From NCBI GenBank assembly GCA_010093705.1, contig MU006097.1:197905-261904 (forward strand): a stretch of DNA of 64,000 nucleotides, read 5' to 3'. Positions 36,064 through 50,839 of this stretch are shown one piece after another. The first letter of the stretch is position 1; the number at the start of each line of letters is the position of its first letter. The stretch is from Patellaria atrata CBS 101060. Lineage: Eukaryota. The translations under genes were made by a program, and so were the position numbers. A model generated the notes under the pieces. The model had not been told where the DNA came from. It did not search any database and saw nothing but the letters and a program-made list of their open reading frames with translations.

Positions 36064-38462
36064 TCATCTCCGTGTGGCAAGCCATGTGTTAACTTCGTCC
36101 CATGTCGACTGGTCTTTCACCAGACGATCCGCCACCTTCACACCTGCATAAACCTAAGGGTTATCGTATTAAAACGTGTCTCTACTGAGCTATACCGGAA
36201 TTTATACGTACTGCATCCCACAGAAGCCACGCTGTTTCCAGATCTTCGCTGTAGTTTTCGCTTTCTGGGAACCATTCTTTAGTTGCTTTGGCCTTGATCA
36301 AGTTCCTCATCTCTACAGAAGAAGGCTCATCTGCGCCAGCAACCTCGTCCAAATAAGCTTTGACGGCGATCCCAAGGGCACAATCGGTGTCTAGAAGGAA
36401 AGGTAGGCTGATGAAAGATTAGTTGAAAACGTGAGTGAGAGATACAAGAACGAACTAGAGATACGTACTCAAGGCTGATATCAGTAAGGTCGGTACGGTC
36501 CTTTGACGCATCACCGTTCAACAAAAGGGTGGTCACGCATACTTCCGTAAGGTCTCTTAGACTACGACGCACAGCAGATATTATGGAATGATAAGCAAGA
36601 TGATACCTACTTAGAGGGCCTGTGAACCCGATGGAATGGTGGCGAAGTTTTCCTAGACACGCGATACGAGACACAAGGACATTATATGTCTTATCTTCGT
36701 CACTACCGCGCGTAGGATACCCTCCAAAGCTCGGTGGAAGATTTGATTTGTAGTTTAGAAGATCAAGACGAGCGAGTTCTACAGCTAGGAATGCGGCTTC
36801 TTCAAGTTCGCGTCTGCCTCCAAGAGCGGATAAAGTCGTCTCAAGGACCCTGCCCCATGCCGTGAGAGTATGTTTCGCGTCCAAGTAACCACGTAGGTGG
36901 AGAAAGCGCCATACAGAGTTGGTCATAATCTCCTCTTTAGTCTTAAGAATGTTAGAGGAGTTCTTAGAGGTAATGGTCTTCGCAGCAAAGTCGGGATCCT
37001 TGAGACTCTGAACTGCTGATCCTAGAAGACCCGACTTTACAAATTTGCTTAAAGGTGCCTGAAAGATACCGGCATGCACGTTCCAGCTAGATATCATCGG
37101 TTTTGGATCTTCTAGGTCTCTCATGCTGATGATCTGACTATTGTCACGATCAAACCAACACCGAAGGGTGACGTCGTTGTGCTGGTAGAAACGGTGAAGG
37201 GATGAAGAAAGAAGAGAAAGTGCGGATGTCCGCAGGGAAGTTAACTGATCGCGAACGAGAATGTGATACTCCTCCGAGTCACCGCTATCTAACGACGGCA
37301 GCTCAAGAATTTCTCCAGATGTTCTCCAATAGAGTATTTTAGGATTGATAAGAGCTCTGGACAGATAGAAATAGACCTCTTCTCCCAGACGCTGCCCGAT
37401 GAACTCGTGAATGTCTCTTGGAGCTTCCTCTTTGTCGAATGGGATAACCCTCCCATCTTTGGTCATGATGACATGGTGCTTGATAGCAAGTCGACTCTTC
37501 TTATACTTATCGATATAATCAAGGCTCCGTACTTGAGGATCGTCTTGATAATTCAAGCAAACGGAAATACCATTGCGCCCAAAGCTCATCATCAGTTCCA
37601 GTGCGCCTTGAAGTTTGTTCTTGTTTCTCTGACCAGGTCCGTCAAGTTGGGGTAGAGCTGGTAGATACGAGGAACCCGAGAGGAGGCAAGCATCAACAAA
37701 CATATCTGGATGGATATTCCCAAGGCCCTTGATACATTTCTCCCGACTGACCCATACGAAGTCTCCACGGTCAAAGTTGATGTCTGTGATGACGGATTCG
37801 ATATCGTAGACGAGCATCTCAGAAGAACCAGAGACAGCATCGATGAACTCAGCTCCTTCTTTCAGGAGATAGGAAAGCTTGATATCTATTAGTGACATCC
37901 ACATGCGACATATTCATTCTAATAAGTAGGTACGTACCTGCGCCCAGGCGCTGTAGGGCGCTACTTGAAAAATTATTCCAGCATCCCGTAGAATGAGCTG
38001 AAGGGAGCGGTAGAGGTTGTCTGGTTGGATAGCTGCCATTTCCCCCTCCGTGACGCCAGTCAATGCACGGTATATCTTTTCCTGGCTGCAACCGGAACCA
38101 AATGTTTCAACGGCCCTCTCCGCATCGTGCCGATTGTACAGGTCCCACGCTTGAGCATTCAGGCGGGCAACTTTATCTGCAGCATCGAATGGTCTATCCT
38201 TCCTCCCTATATCCATTCCATTGAAAACGAACACTGGTGTAATGGCATGCTGTTTGAAATGGTTGAGATCGGTTTCGACAAGACGTCGCATAGCAAATGG
38301 CAAGCCACCCAGCGCTGGAAGGAGGTATTCCTTGTACTGATCATGGGTGAGAATACGACTGAGGTAATGGGCAGCTTCTATCGCAATGACTCTACCATGG
38401 AGTTCGTCGAGCGAGGAACTATTCGCATGATTAAGGCTATGTTCTTCGATATTGCGGACCAT
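36064..38462 (-). CDS. MKT1: Mkt1-like XPG/PIN-fold protein
   Basis: IAIEAAHYL, LLPALGGLP, ITPVFVFNG, VAPYSAWAQ, FVDACLLSGS, DIHEFIGQRL, WRFLHLRGY, GFTGPLSR, FLLDTDCALGIAVK; 5' UTR intron near 38503-38565. Confidence 0.9.
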
Positions 38463-38903
38463 GGCGAGAATTGATAGCTAATTCGTGGCAGCTGAGGGAT
38501 CCTATAAAACGATATGTGTAGGTAGCTAAGGTAGGTACTGGAAATTTAAGCTTCGAGTCGCATACCGAAGATCGATGTAGGTGACCAAGAGCTGCGTGAA
38601 ATAAGTGACTCCAGGCTCAGTCAGAGCAAGATAGGAAGTAAATTTTATTCTGTAATTGTACGTTGTAAGCAAATGGTGGTGAATGTTACGTGCATCTGCA
38701 CTTAAGGTCTGCTGTTGAACGTGACGAGCCTTGAGGAGGTTGTGTCGAGTGAGATAGAACTAAAAAACGGTCGGTTGGTCACAGGCTGATCCGTGTGCCT
38801 TATTATTTGGGGGCGCTAGTAGAGCTACCTTCAGGTAGAGAGCTACCTTTAACCTCAACATCTCACATCTCACATCTTACTTGCCACTGTTCACTAACAT
38901 AAC

Positions 38904-40346
38904 ATGAACGGAGACTCAGCAAATATTCCTGTCATCGACATATCCTCGCCAACTGTTGAAGTTGCGAAAGCTCTCGTGAATGCATCCTCCACTTATGGAT
39001 TCGTATTTGTGAAGAACAATGATATCGGCATCCCGCCCCAGGATATATCAGACATGTTTGAATTGGTAGCTCTCATGAATTTAAGACATTCAAAGTAAAA
39101 ATCTGACATAGCAAGTCTAAAACCTTCTTTCAATCTCCAGTCGAGATCAAAGAAGAATGTTCGATTAATTCCGCCAAATCCGGGAAGAATCGAGGCTGGC
39201 TATCGATGCATACAGAAACATTAGACCCAAGCAATCAGAAGGTAGGATCGCAGCCTTTCATTTATCATCCGGCTTGGTTCTGCTCGTTTTAGATAGAGTC
39301 ATGTTTTTCATAATGACTTATACTGATTTCCCAGGGTCATACATCACTCTCTTATCTTTCCTCTTCTTCAAAATCATAAGCGCTGTATTTATATATCAAG
39401 ACATAATCGAATAACGTCTCTAACCAGAAAGGCGATTACAAAGAGTCAGTATCCTTAGGACCCATACAATTTCAGTCTTTAACGAGAAATTCAGAGCCTT
39501 CAACTTTGGCGAATTCGTGAATGGTAAGGCCGACCAGCCTCTCCCTGGACCTCTCGCCGCTCGAGAGGATGACATAGGCCAATTCATCGACAAATGCCAC
39601 AATCTCTGTATAAAAATCCTTGATTTATTCGCCATCGGTCTCGAAGTAAAGTCTTCTTGCAGTAAACCCCTATTTATTGCGCAGGCCCCTAACGGAAACA
39701 TAGATTCCCGAATCGGCAGGCGGGCCATCCTTCTTTACCACCCGACATGACCGTTCGAAAGGACCTTCAGGGAGTGTCTTTAGGCTGCTCTACGTACCTC
39801 TCCTCCCGACATCACCCATAAATCTGTATTCTAAATCCTATATAGTATCCCACTCTCCCCTTCCTCCCTACTGACCCCCTCGATATCCGCGCCGGTGCCC
39901 ACTCCGACTACGGTAGCATAACCCTCCTCTTTCAACTCCCAGGCCAACCCGGTCTCGAAATACTTACACCATCCAACACATGGGCCTCTGTTCCCGTAGA
40001 TCCCTCCCCTTCTTCCAACCCTAACCCCTCAAGCATCCCAATTCTAGTCAACATAGGCGACCTCCTCTCCTACTGGACCGCCGGTCTTCTCAAGTCGACA
40101 GTCCACCGGGTTATCTTTCCCTACGCTGAAGAGAATAAAGGCGCACAGGACCGATATTCTATCGCCTATTTCTGCCATCCGCTGGACGACGCGACGTTAG
40201 TCCCGGTACCCGGACCGGTTGTCGAGGAGCATGTGAAAAGGGCAGGCGAGGAGATGAATGGTGCGCCGATGACGGCAAGGGAACATCTGAATGCGAGGTT
40301 GGAGGCAACCTATGGTGCGAAGGTGAAGTTTGAGGGATCAGGATGA
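38904..40346 (+). CDS. 2-oxoglutarate/Fe(II)-dependent dioxygenase (DIOX_N + 2OG-FeII_Oxy)
   Basis: IPVIDIS, YGFVFVKN, RAGAHSDYGSITLLF (HxD), LKSTVHRV, RYSIAYF; includes a 17-nt microexon 39428-39444. Confidence 0.92.
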
Positions 40347-41424
40347 TACAGGAGTCATGTACTATACAGTAAGTCGGGAGAACCAGGGTGCCATATCGGT
40401 TACCTAGGCAACTAGAGGTTACCCGATGAGCAAGCTTTCCACCATTTTCGTCGAACATCGACCGCGAAATTTTATTTTCACTTTGCGCACGGACCCGATG
40501 TTGCAAAGGGTTTGCGGTTTGTGAAGAGAAGTCACGCCTTAACTCCCATTAACCCAATCAACTAATCTCCGTCCCAAAAAGGCAATAACTGCGGTATCAG
40601 TTGCACGTGTTATTAGGTTATGCCTTCCATTCTCGACATGGGCCTGAAATTAGATGGTTCAAATAATGAGTCATATCTGCTACCTCCTGACCAGACCATT
40701 GACTCAATTGCCTGATATACGCCCCAAAACAGTAATTCCTCCACTTTCCATCGAACATCTTCGCGTCTATTTTAAGTCCACATTGTCCACACCTCCATAC
40801 CGTGAATAATATGAAAGTCGCTGACGAATGTTAATCTACCCGTTACCCCGACAACCAATCTCTACCCCAACCAGGCAATTTTCGCAAATTTCATCGAACG
40901 TTTAAAGCTCTACCACTCGTTTCACTTCCGCACATGTGGTACGGTATGGGATGATGTTAGAAGTTGGTTAAGAGATAGCGTAGACAGCGAACCGCTAAGT
41001 AATCAGGAAATTTCTGGAATCTCTCTTTGCTTTGCCGCATTACATGTTCGATTTACGCACAATGCTCACGTCATGGGAGAGTTACAGGTTGCCATTACCA
41101 CCGCCGGCCAATTGTAGGCGAAAATGGCAATCTCTACAATTCTCGTATAACATATAGGGAGTTCCAGTAATTTAGTCTGCACACGGACCTTGAAGCCTGT
41201 GATTGAGTTTGAGACCAATCAACGCTAAGTTCCAGTCACCTGAACAAAGTCGGGAAGGGTCAGGTTAAGAGAGGTGATACATTAACGTTAAGACTTGTAC
41301 ATTACACGTCTTTATCACCAACAAATACTGTGTTATGCTAATATACCCATCCTCACAAACGCTATGCCCACTATGCTACACGACCTAATATACACTCATA
41401 CAATCCACGCTTATTCACTGACTA

Positions 41425-44181
41425 TCATCCCCTTCTCCTCCTCACCCTCTCCCCAACGCCCCCACCACCTCCGCCAACACCGGTCTCCACATCCTTCACC
41501 GTTCCAATTCGTTCTACCTGCACCCTCTCCTCCACCCTCCCACCCATCCTTCTAATCACCTCCTCCCTCTTCACCCTTGCGTCCTCGTCCTCATACCCGA
41601 GGCGCTGACTCGCATCCACCTCCTGCTCGCCCTTCTCATAACCGGACCCGTCCCCCCCAGCCAAAAGTTTCTGACTGTTACCGTGTTCTATAGAGCTGGT
41701 GGCAGATAACGACCGTCCGCTTCCTTGGCCCGACTGTGCACGACCCAGCAGACCCTTACGGCGGCGATCTCGTCGGTTCGACGCGGTGTCTGGTTTGGGT
41801 TTTGCGAGCTGGGCTTGCTTAAGTGCGAAGAGTTGCGCGATTTGCTGTTGGAGGCTTTCGCTTTCAGTTGGGGGAGGGTCAGCTGGGGAAATCGTCTCAA
41901 CAGGATCGTTGGACGGTTTAACTGCCTGTTCTGTAGTAGAGGGGTTGAGGGTTTGGCCGAATAGTGACTTTTTTGGGGAGTTCATTTCGGGCGGGAGGTC
42001 TTGGAGTGACTGTTTCGGTGGGGAGCTTGAGCGTGGTGTTGAGGTGGATGTTTTGGAGGAAGTCATGTTCGTACCGGGGGCAGAAGAAGATAATTCTTGG
42101 TGGTTGCCCCTGGGAGGATTTGGAGGTCGACCCTCGGATATCGAGCTATTACACCATGTAAGTAGATGATCTTTTAACGAGCAATGCTAGTCGAGACCCA
42201 GCACTGTACATTACCCCCAGTCGCCTACAACTCAAAATATGCTTACTTCTGTGGACTTTGAGCTTTTATTACGGGCTCTGTCCGCACAATGGACTCGTTG
42301 GGTTGTCCTACTCGCTTAAAGTGGGCTAAATCTCGAGGCAATGGAACTGGAAATTTTTCAAAAGGTTGGACCTTATAGTGCCCTATACTGGACCAGAGCC
42401 ACTCGGCGTCAACAATGTGGATATTGTGTTCTAGAGCATATAGGAGTTTTTCCCTTTTGGGTGCTTTTGTATTACAAACCAAAACAGAAACGTCAAAATT
42501 AAGGAATTCGCTATAAGTAGCACCTAAAGTAATATCAATGAGGTGTTACAGAGAGAAATTGTTGTCGAATGCTTACCCATAAGTTTAACAACTTTTGAGA
42601 CATGCAATACATCAATGTGCTCAAATGATGTTGAAGCTATGGTCAACTTATTAAAACCTAAAGAGATGAGCCGCTGAAAATCCACGAAGTACGTAAATAA
42701 CATACCTTCCACTTCTAGCTTAGAAAATGGCTGACATAACACGTTGAGCATGGGATCGAGCAACTGCTTGCGATGGAGGCACTTCTCGACCCAAAGAGTA
42801 CTCACCACAGTGAGTTTGGATACGGATATGGATCGATAAGTGGAATCCTGAAAAGGAATGTCATGGGGCAAAAGTCGAAAGCCACGACCTTGGGTCTCCT
42901 CCGGAAAGGAGTCGAGATCTTGTGGGTCCACCATCACGAACGCTCCATTGTTGTACAGATGATCTTGCAATACAGAACACTAATGGAATTGTCAGCTTCC
43001 TTAGTCCCAGCAATAAAATGAAATGTGGAACTACCTTGCTGGAGGTGAATCCTTCTATAAGTACAATTCTTCCTTCAAACAGGCCAACATTTTGGCTGGG
43101 TTGAGTACCCTTGTTGCCATGGGACACAGATGCTTCTTGGTTGTCCACTGTGTACACATCATGGTTGGACAATTTATGCCCAGGATGTGGAATATTTTCA
43201 ACATCTTCCTGGGCCGTCGACTGTTTATCAGCGAGTTTCTGCGCACCACCTGCTAAGGTAATGTCAGCCCAAATCGCCTCGCTTTGAATCTCTAGCCTAA
43301 CGCTTGCTGTTCGCCGTAATTTTTTCCTCGTATTCTCCCTTGTATCAACAGTTCGCGCGGATAACGATCTCGTTACCTCTGAAGCTGAGTTCGTCCCTGG
43401 CCGTTTCCACGCTCCGTTTCCACGCTTCTCGGGTTCTTTAAGAGGACTGTACAGTTGTTCCTCTAGAGTCATACCGCGCTCAATACTGTCGTGCAGCCAT
43501 TCTAAGGAGACTATTTTGATATTCCACATCATTGCGTGTTCATATTTCTTCCCACTGGGATTCGCGGCGATCAAGTGTGTGATGCTTCGCGTTAGATCCC
43601 CTTGATATCTTCCACCATTATTTTGAACTGATTCGATTATTCCGCTCCGTTGCTTCACTACTACGGTCAGTCATTTTGACAGCAATGACAGTCCCTCTGT
43701 ACGCACGATCTTCAAAACCAGTCATGCAGATATGCAATCCAAAGAAGACAGGCGCCTTGTGCTTCTCTTCCAAAGCGGAAACGTCTGTATGACCACCTTG
43801 CATCCACGATTGTCGAATTGCCTCTACCCACTCTGGTAAAACAACTTTGACATCTTGGCGTTCTCGAGCTACGTATCTATATTTGGGGGTATCTATACTT
43901 CCGACGATGAGGTGAGTGACGTCCGAAGTGAGGTCGTATTTGTGCGTCGCGCCCATTTGGATGGCAACATCTGCAAGTTGGCTCTGGTGCAAATTTTAGC
44001 TGGTCACTTTACCAATTTCTTTCCTGTACATACGCGCTCTTCCGGGCTGATAGAGGTACAGCACATAATAACCCCCGCGAGGGGTTGCTGTGCCAAAACT
44101 ATATATAACTAGTCGGCCATTGTCCTATTAAGATACAAGGTATCCGAACTTACCATCGATGTCTTCTTCCGGTTCCGTCAT
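41425..44181 (-). CDS. Multi-BRCT replication/checkpoint scaffold, Dpb11/Rad4(Cut5)/TopBP1-like
   Basis: QPLAGVIMCCTSI, MGATHKYDLTSDVTHLIVGSIDTPKYRY, GGRYQGDLTRSITHLIA..GKKYEHAMMWNIKIVSLEWL, WVEKC, IVDAEWLW: four BRCT-like repeats over several exons. Confidence 0.88.
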
Positions 44182-44256
44182 GATTTATGTGATAAATTTC
44201 CCCTCCATTGTTAGGTTGTCCCAACTACCTTAGATGGGTGGGATGTTTTCCGCAAG

Positions 44257-44337
44257 TCGCGACAGTTTGGGCTTGGCGAACCGCGCGACCGCGCCTGCAC
44301 GTGATATGGATTCTTAGAGAAATCACACAAGCGCGAC
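44257..44337. promoter_or_regulatory. Cluster of CGCG (MCB-like) cores upstream of the BRCT gene
   Basis: TCGCGA, CGCGCGA, CCGCGC and GCGCGA within 80 nt, 75-155 nt upstream of the ATG; consistent with G1/S regulation but untested. Confidence 0.3.
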
Positions 44338-46563
44338 TACAAAACAAGAATTCTCTTAACGTGATATCTTGTTTGTCAGGCGTCTTTTCACGTCTGGGCA
44401 GCGAAGGGCTGCGCTCGGATCTGGCATCTTAACATCTTGTTTGTTTCTTTATAGATGTCATACTGCATTGAGCTGCATGCTAGCCAAGTCCCCACAACTA
44501 CCACAATCCATACAATCCAGCCATTGGAGGCCACATTCGCTTTGCTTCTGCTCTAATAAAATGTAAAAACAAAGATTACGTTCACCATTGTCCACCATTG
44601 TCCACCATCGTCAGAAACCGTGAGAGATGATTGAGGTCATACATAAAATAGAACAGGCTAGTTACCATAAGCTTCATGACAGAAGAATCGGGTACCGTGG
44701 TTTCTAGCCCTAGGATGTGCTATCACAGAGTAACCGCGAATCCGCGATAATCCTCGGAAATATATAAAAATCATTTCTAGATGCGCCCACGGAGTCGAAA
44801 ACATTTCAGTCGATTTTTCGTCCATTATGATTCTAAAGAGGAAAGCGGAGTCGCGGATCGATAACGGTTTTGAGATAACGCCATCCGAATCTCGCTAGAG
44901 CTTAATTTCGACCATCTTAGGCATCTCTTTGCGCCGACGGGGGAAGACACCACAAGTTTCTTATTATATACCCATCGAATATGGATGGCCGTCCCCGTAC
45001 GCGACATCAAAATTCGACTCCAGCTGATGACAGGAGGTGTTAGAAGCCGACAATGCGGACTGTGGTGCTGAGTAGTGACTACGGACTACACTCTGTGAAA
45101 GGCTCCGGATGAGAAATAATGAGGAAGGCTCTTCTCAGCGTGAATCTTACAGCTATCGTTACTGTTGCTTGAAGGCGAGATTGGAATATGATATTTCGCT
45201 TGTGTTAGGCACTTCATGTCTTCTGTGTAGTTATCTCCAAGCCGTTGTAAGTAGCGAGACACTGTGCTGCCCTTGGCGGCTTGCGTGTCCTGCGATCAGC
45301 TTTTACCCTGTTGACCCCAGGATTTCCTCATTCAAAGCTGATACTTACTCTCTTGGGCCTTGGTTACGGGCTGTGCCTGCACCTCCGTATGTGACTTTGC
45401 GAAAGCAGGTACCTTGTAAGAGAGACGTTGTTAGCTCTGCCGAATTGGCCGAATTGTTAAGAGTTAGTTATGTACAGTACCAGGTCACGCAGTGGAAGTA
45501 CTCTTATTTCCAAGGTCTTCGACTATCCGATGCAATCAATCAAGTCTTGAGTGGACAGTCAAGTTTCGACCAGATATATTGTTCATGTTTACGATATGTA
45601 CATATGCTTGATGTCATTATTAGCATCAGGAAAAACCGGCAGTCTGTTAGAATCATCAACAAGCGTTCGAAAAGCCTCCTTTTCACTGTTATCCAATCCT
45701 TTTAGCCTGGTGCGTATCCGTCGGCGGAAATTTGCCTATAAACTTATGGGTATGCCCGAATCTTTTTCCTGGTTGTCACGGTTGTTACGGTTGTCTGACC
45801 AAGGTTTCTCATCACAACACGCAACAACCCATGACCATCGGTCAATGTTAGTGCCACTGTACCAGTCCCCAAGGGCCCGTCTCCGCGTCGTAAAACCCCT
45901 CCAACACGCTCCTTGACGCTATCCGCCAGGTTTAACTACGCATACAAAGTAACCCGTACTGCGCATCATCAATTCATTATTACTTCACCACTACTTGCAT
46001 ATTTGAATTTTTTTTTTATCACAGCCCCCTTCTCAGCGAGGACTACTGGAGTGGATCTCTAAACTAAGCTGTCTCTCTTCTGCCAACGAAGCAAAACCTG
46101 AAGTCACCACTGCGTAGTCCAGTAACAGGGTCCTTGTCCTTACCCGCACACTTCCGTCCCAGTTGTATTCCCTGACCGCCGCATTGAGACAATAGGGCAT
46201 GTGTTCTATTCGAATTTCCTCACCAACTTGACCTTTAGAGCTATTCGTGTCACTCGTGTCATACCAAACAAAGCCGTTCCCGTATGTAAGTTGCGCCTTC
46301 TCTCTTTGTTCCTTCCCCCAATTTTTGGTCCCCTCGGTCGTGACTGCCGTACGCTTTCGCAACATTTCACACGTTGCATCATCTACACGTTCATGTACCG
46401 CGTACGGATGATTACACAAGATTCTTGCATGCCTCACACCTACCTACCTCGTACATAATCTGTACATACGGAACTCCCCAAATACCCTGAAAATTCTCCG
46501 CTCCTTTTCAATTGCATACACCTACCACTTCTGCAACCATATACCCTACTTACCACTGTGAAC

Positions 46564-49128
46564 ATGACAGAAGTACGCACGATACCGTCAGCGAGAGGTC
46601 GCCTTACCTACGTTCCAGAACACCTCCACGAATACCCTGAACGGCCATCGGCCTTGTTTCTAGGACGGAGTCGAAGGCCACAGCGAATATTGATCGCTCG
46701 AGTACCCCCGGAAGCCACTCCCGGAAAGAAAAAGAAGTCGAAGGAGAAGAAATACAAAAAGTCCAAGGGTTGTGACAGTGAGTCACTCCCCGTAAGAAAA
46801 GTGGCGCATCCCGCGGAGAACGCAAAACGGTTCATCAGGTCGTTCATCGCCTCCTCAGCAGGCTCACAACAGAAGGTGTCGAGCCTCCCGCTCTCTAGAG
46901 CTCCCACTACAGATACTCAAGGTTCCTCTCTGTCTGTGGGGTCGGGGGAGAGGGGTACGATGCCAGTAGACGTCATGAGACCACACTCGCGAAGCATAGT
47001 GGGAGGACCGATTAGCGGTATGGTATCACGCCCTGAATTGATGGAGGATGTTCGAAGGGCATCCGGAGCTGCAATTGTACGGAACTCGAGTCCAATAAAA
47101 AGTATGGGACTCCAAGGATCAGAGAAGCCACTTGCCTCTGGGAATGGTGTCAGCGTTTTTGTGAACCTAGCGGAGCCCCTTTTATACCTTCAGGGTTTTG
47201 AGCCGACAGATACAGTGTCCCGAAGTACAGCGATGCTCCGAGGAAGTTTGATGCTGCGCGTGTCTAAAAATGCTAAAATCCGGGGTATTACCTTGAAATT
47301 CAAAGGACGTGCTACAACTAAGTGGCCTGAGGGTATGTTATTTAGGAAGTATGCTAATCGTTGTTCTCTAAACTGACACGATCCAGGCATACCTCCAAGG
47401 AAGACTGAATTCGACGAGACCGATAACATCATGAGCCATACATGGCCCTTTTTTAATGCGCAGTTTCCCAATGCTGAGCATGGAACTGGGGCCGATAGTG
47501 TGCAACTTAGCAACGGCCCATCTCCGTCCTCTAGCAATCTATACATACCAAAAACTGGGATTACAATAGGAGCCTCACCCATGAGCTCGAGTATGAACCT
47601 TAGCTCCAAGGAAGCAAAGAAATTGTCTCTTCAAGTAAACCAGTCTCGAAGTTTTGGGAAGGGCGAATCAGGTTCAGTAGCTCAGAAAGGATACAGAACG
47701 TTTCTTGCTGGGGAATATACGTACAATTTTGAACTTCCACTGGACAGTCACCTCCCCGAGACCATTGATGTGGACTTGGGTTCAGTAAAGTACGAGCTCG
47801 AGGCGACTGTAGAACGCGCTGGTGCGTTCAGAGCAAACTTGGTTGGGACTAAAGAGGTGGTGTTGATCAGGGCTCCTTCAGAAGGGTCTCTTGAACAGGT
47901 GGAGCCTATCGCTATCAGTCGAAACTGGGAGGATCAGCTTCATTATGATATTGTGATATCTGGCAAATCCTTTCCACTGGGCGCTCAGGTACCTATCGCT
48001 TTCAAGCTTACACCGTTAGCCAAAGTTCAATGCCATAGGATCAAAGTATTCGTTACAGAGAACATCGAATACTTTTGCTGTCAGAAACGTGTTCATCGGA
48101 TGGAGCCTACAAGAAAGGTTTTACTATTTGAAAAACGCGCGGATGGTCCGCCTCAGAGCACATTTCCAGGTAGTACGATGAGAATCACAGCTGGTGGCGG
48201 TGTGCCATATGACCAACGTGCAGCAGCAGCGAGAGGGGAACATGTCCCACCTACAGACCCAACCAACTTACTCGGATTACTTAACTCTGATTCAAATGTT
48301 GGGCCTACAGAAATGGAATTCAACGTGCAACTACCTAGCTGCATGAATATGAGAGAGAAAGAAAAGGCTCACAAACTGCATTTCGATACGACATACCAAA
48401 ACATCCAAGTACATCACTGGATTAAGGTGAGATTCCCAATTCCGAACCCGGATTCCTCCGGACGCTAACTAAGGGCCTTACAGATTGTGATGCGCTTATC
48501 TAAACCAGATCAAAATGATCCCACGAAGCGACGCCATTTTGAGATCTCAATAGACTCCCCATTTCATATTCTATCGTGTCAAGCTACGCAAGCAAATACA
48601 TCGTTACCCGCATATTCCTCACCACACCCTGTAACCGACGAGGCACGGTTACCCGAATGTGGATGTCCCGGTGCCGCAATTCGGCGAACCACGCCAACTC
48701 AGTTTGTTCCGACACTAAACTCCCTTAATAGCGCAAGAGAAAATGGAACAGATCCTCCAGAGAGAATACAGAGCCCGGGACTCGCAAGACCCCCGCAAGC
48801 TCACATAGGAGGCCCGATTGACCCAACTCTTGCGCGGCCAATACATCTTGTGCGATCGCCGTCCTTCAATCCGCCTGCGTTTGAAGAAGACGAACCCCCA
48901 CCACCCCTGATCACGCCGCCTCCAGAATATGATAGTATAGCAAGTCCGACATCGGGTCTAGCAGATTACTTTGCCCGTTTATCGGATGCTGGTTACGATA
49001 CTGACAGCGATGACGGGTCAAGCAGAAGACCGGCTCGGATCGACATACCTCTTACACCGGGTAGCCGAATCAATCGGAGCATGGATGAGCCCCGTCTTTG
49101 GCTTCCCGTTGGGCATCCGGACCGTTAG
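46564..49128 (+). CDS. Alpha-arrestin (Aly1/Aly2/ApyA-like Rsp5 adaptor); true start uncertain (46564 or 46960)
   Basis: LAEPLLYLQGF, LRGSLMLRVSK..ITLKFKGRATTKWPEGIPP, YNFELP, SRNWEDQLHYDIVISGKSFP, HHWIK, FEISIDSPFHILSC; PY motifs LPAY and PPEY; two introns. Confidence 0.9.
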
Positions 49129-50839
49129 AAAACCTATAAATTACGATGAGATGAAAACCGTAACTATACGAGATAATGCATTTGACGATATTAAGAACAC
49201 CCACAGCCACTTAATAGGGGCTCACTCTTTCGACACGGTTTTCCTATCAGCGGATCTTTCGTTATAAAGCGATCACTTATTGCATGTAAGCGGGATTACG
49301 GCGCATAGAAAAATTCCATGCGTGATTATAGATTTCTCTTTTGCATTTCTAGAAAGTCGAATGACAACTTTTGCATAGGCGTAATGAGGTATTGGAAGGC
49401 ACATAGTCGGCGGTGGTGAGGCTCCGATAGCAAGATTTGTACATTACCACCAGGATACTTGGTGTAGCGTGTCGGAGAGACTACGGGCGAATATAGCCTT
49501 GTTTACAAAGTGCTCTCTATCTTAGTTGAATATCGTGTCTTTTCAATACACCACGGACGTTTGGGTACTCTACATAGTAGACTATCGAATTATACTGTAC
49601 TATTGTACTTCTTTCCCTACATGATCCATAAAGCTTATCATCCCTTTCATCACTCACATGCTGCCGATCTAAGATAGTGGGTGAGGTCGCTCATGAGGAT
49701 GATAATTACACTATACATATAGTATACCTAATATCACAACGACCGATCAGTCAGATAAGGTAATCAGTTCCCTGCATTGATCTATACTTGGCACATGACG
49801 CCGTTAGTTCTCCTTCTCTCGGCGTTGTCATTGTAGACTTGGAACTTCCACTATGGACGACCCGAGGGACTATCATCTGTAGTTAATTGTGACATAGCTT
49901 AAGGGGTATATTCCTCGAAAGAGATGAAATGTCGGCAATTGAGCAGATAAGCAGCAGAAGGCTGAGATTCAAGACTGTATAGGTAAAGCAAAGCGACTGT
50001 CTTACTGTACTGATTATCTATCGCAGGAAGCAAATCAAGGGAACCCATGTGGCATTGTAGCACGAGAATCTATTATCTACCTTAACTTCGTACTATAAAA
50101 GGTTGTACTTCGTGATCTAAAAAACTGCTACTTATGATTCGGTGGATTCGTGATATGGCCGAGGACCAAGACAGAGCAGCCAAGCTCCAAGACTGTCTAT
50201 AAAATCTTCCTTCTTCCATCTTTCCCCCAATTCCCCAGATCTTGCTCTCTTCGACTCTCTATCTTTGCCCATTGACTTTACTTTCACTTTGGAAACCCAG
50301 ACCCTGTAGTCGAAGTCCGATCCAACCTGTCAATTGACACGAAATCAGTGGAAAACGCAGACCCGGCGTACCTCCCGGCTTTCGTCGTCCCAAGAACGTT
50401 AGGATTATGACATCCCGAACAACCCGATTTCGCTCTTGAATCTTGTGAATACGTTCAAATATACGAACGACTCTAGATCTCTTACCTAATAAAAACCATT
50501 CCTTGGTCTTTAAGGGAAAGCTTGGTAAATGCTTCAAAAACCTTATCCCCTCCAATGTTTTACCCTCCACTAAGTAATTGTGTGGCAGTATTGTAAAAAC
50601 GCATTGGTTTTTGACCATACGAAACACCTTATAAAACAAACTGGAGCGGCGACTGGGCGCGACCGGTCACTTTATGGTTCTAGAATACTTTCGCATTTTT
50701 CTGGGGACAGACGCTCCCGTAGCGTTCGCATACATTAAACCTTTCGCCGTTCTGCCTACTTGAAGTACAAAGAGCGTTTTGGATAGCCACCCTTATCAAC
50801 AACTCTCATAGGACTCAACATCAAACGAATACCTTAGTT

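Noticed and set aside
38033..38092. Possible in-frame 60-nt retained intron in MKT1
   Set aside because: Weak donor (GTTGCA); cannot decide between intron and coding insertion without RNA data.
30474..40346. Secondary metabolite cluster (phytoene-synthase-fold gene plus dioxygenase)
   Set aside because: The synthase-fold protein looks like the non-catalytic NDUFAF6 type; no backbone enzyme, transporter or cluster regulator nearby.
45109..45705. 198-aa ORF between the BRCT gene and the arrestin
   Set aside because: No motif or convincing composition; more likely part of the arrestin upstream region.
20420..50190. palH, MVP1, arrestin and NHA1 as a pH/endocytosis cluster with GCCAAG (PacC) sites
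   Set aside because: Genes are 20-30 kb apart among unrelated genes, and single hexamers are expected by chance.
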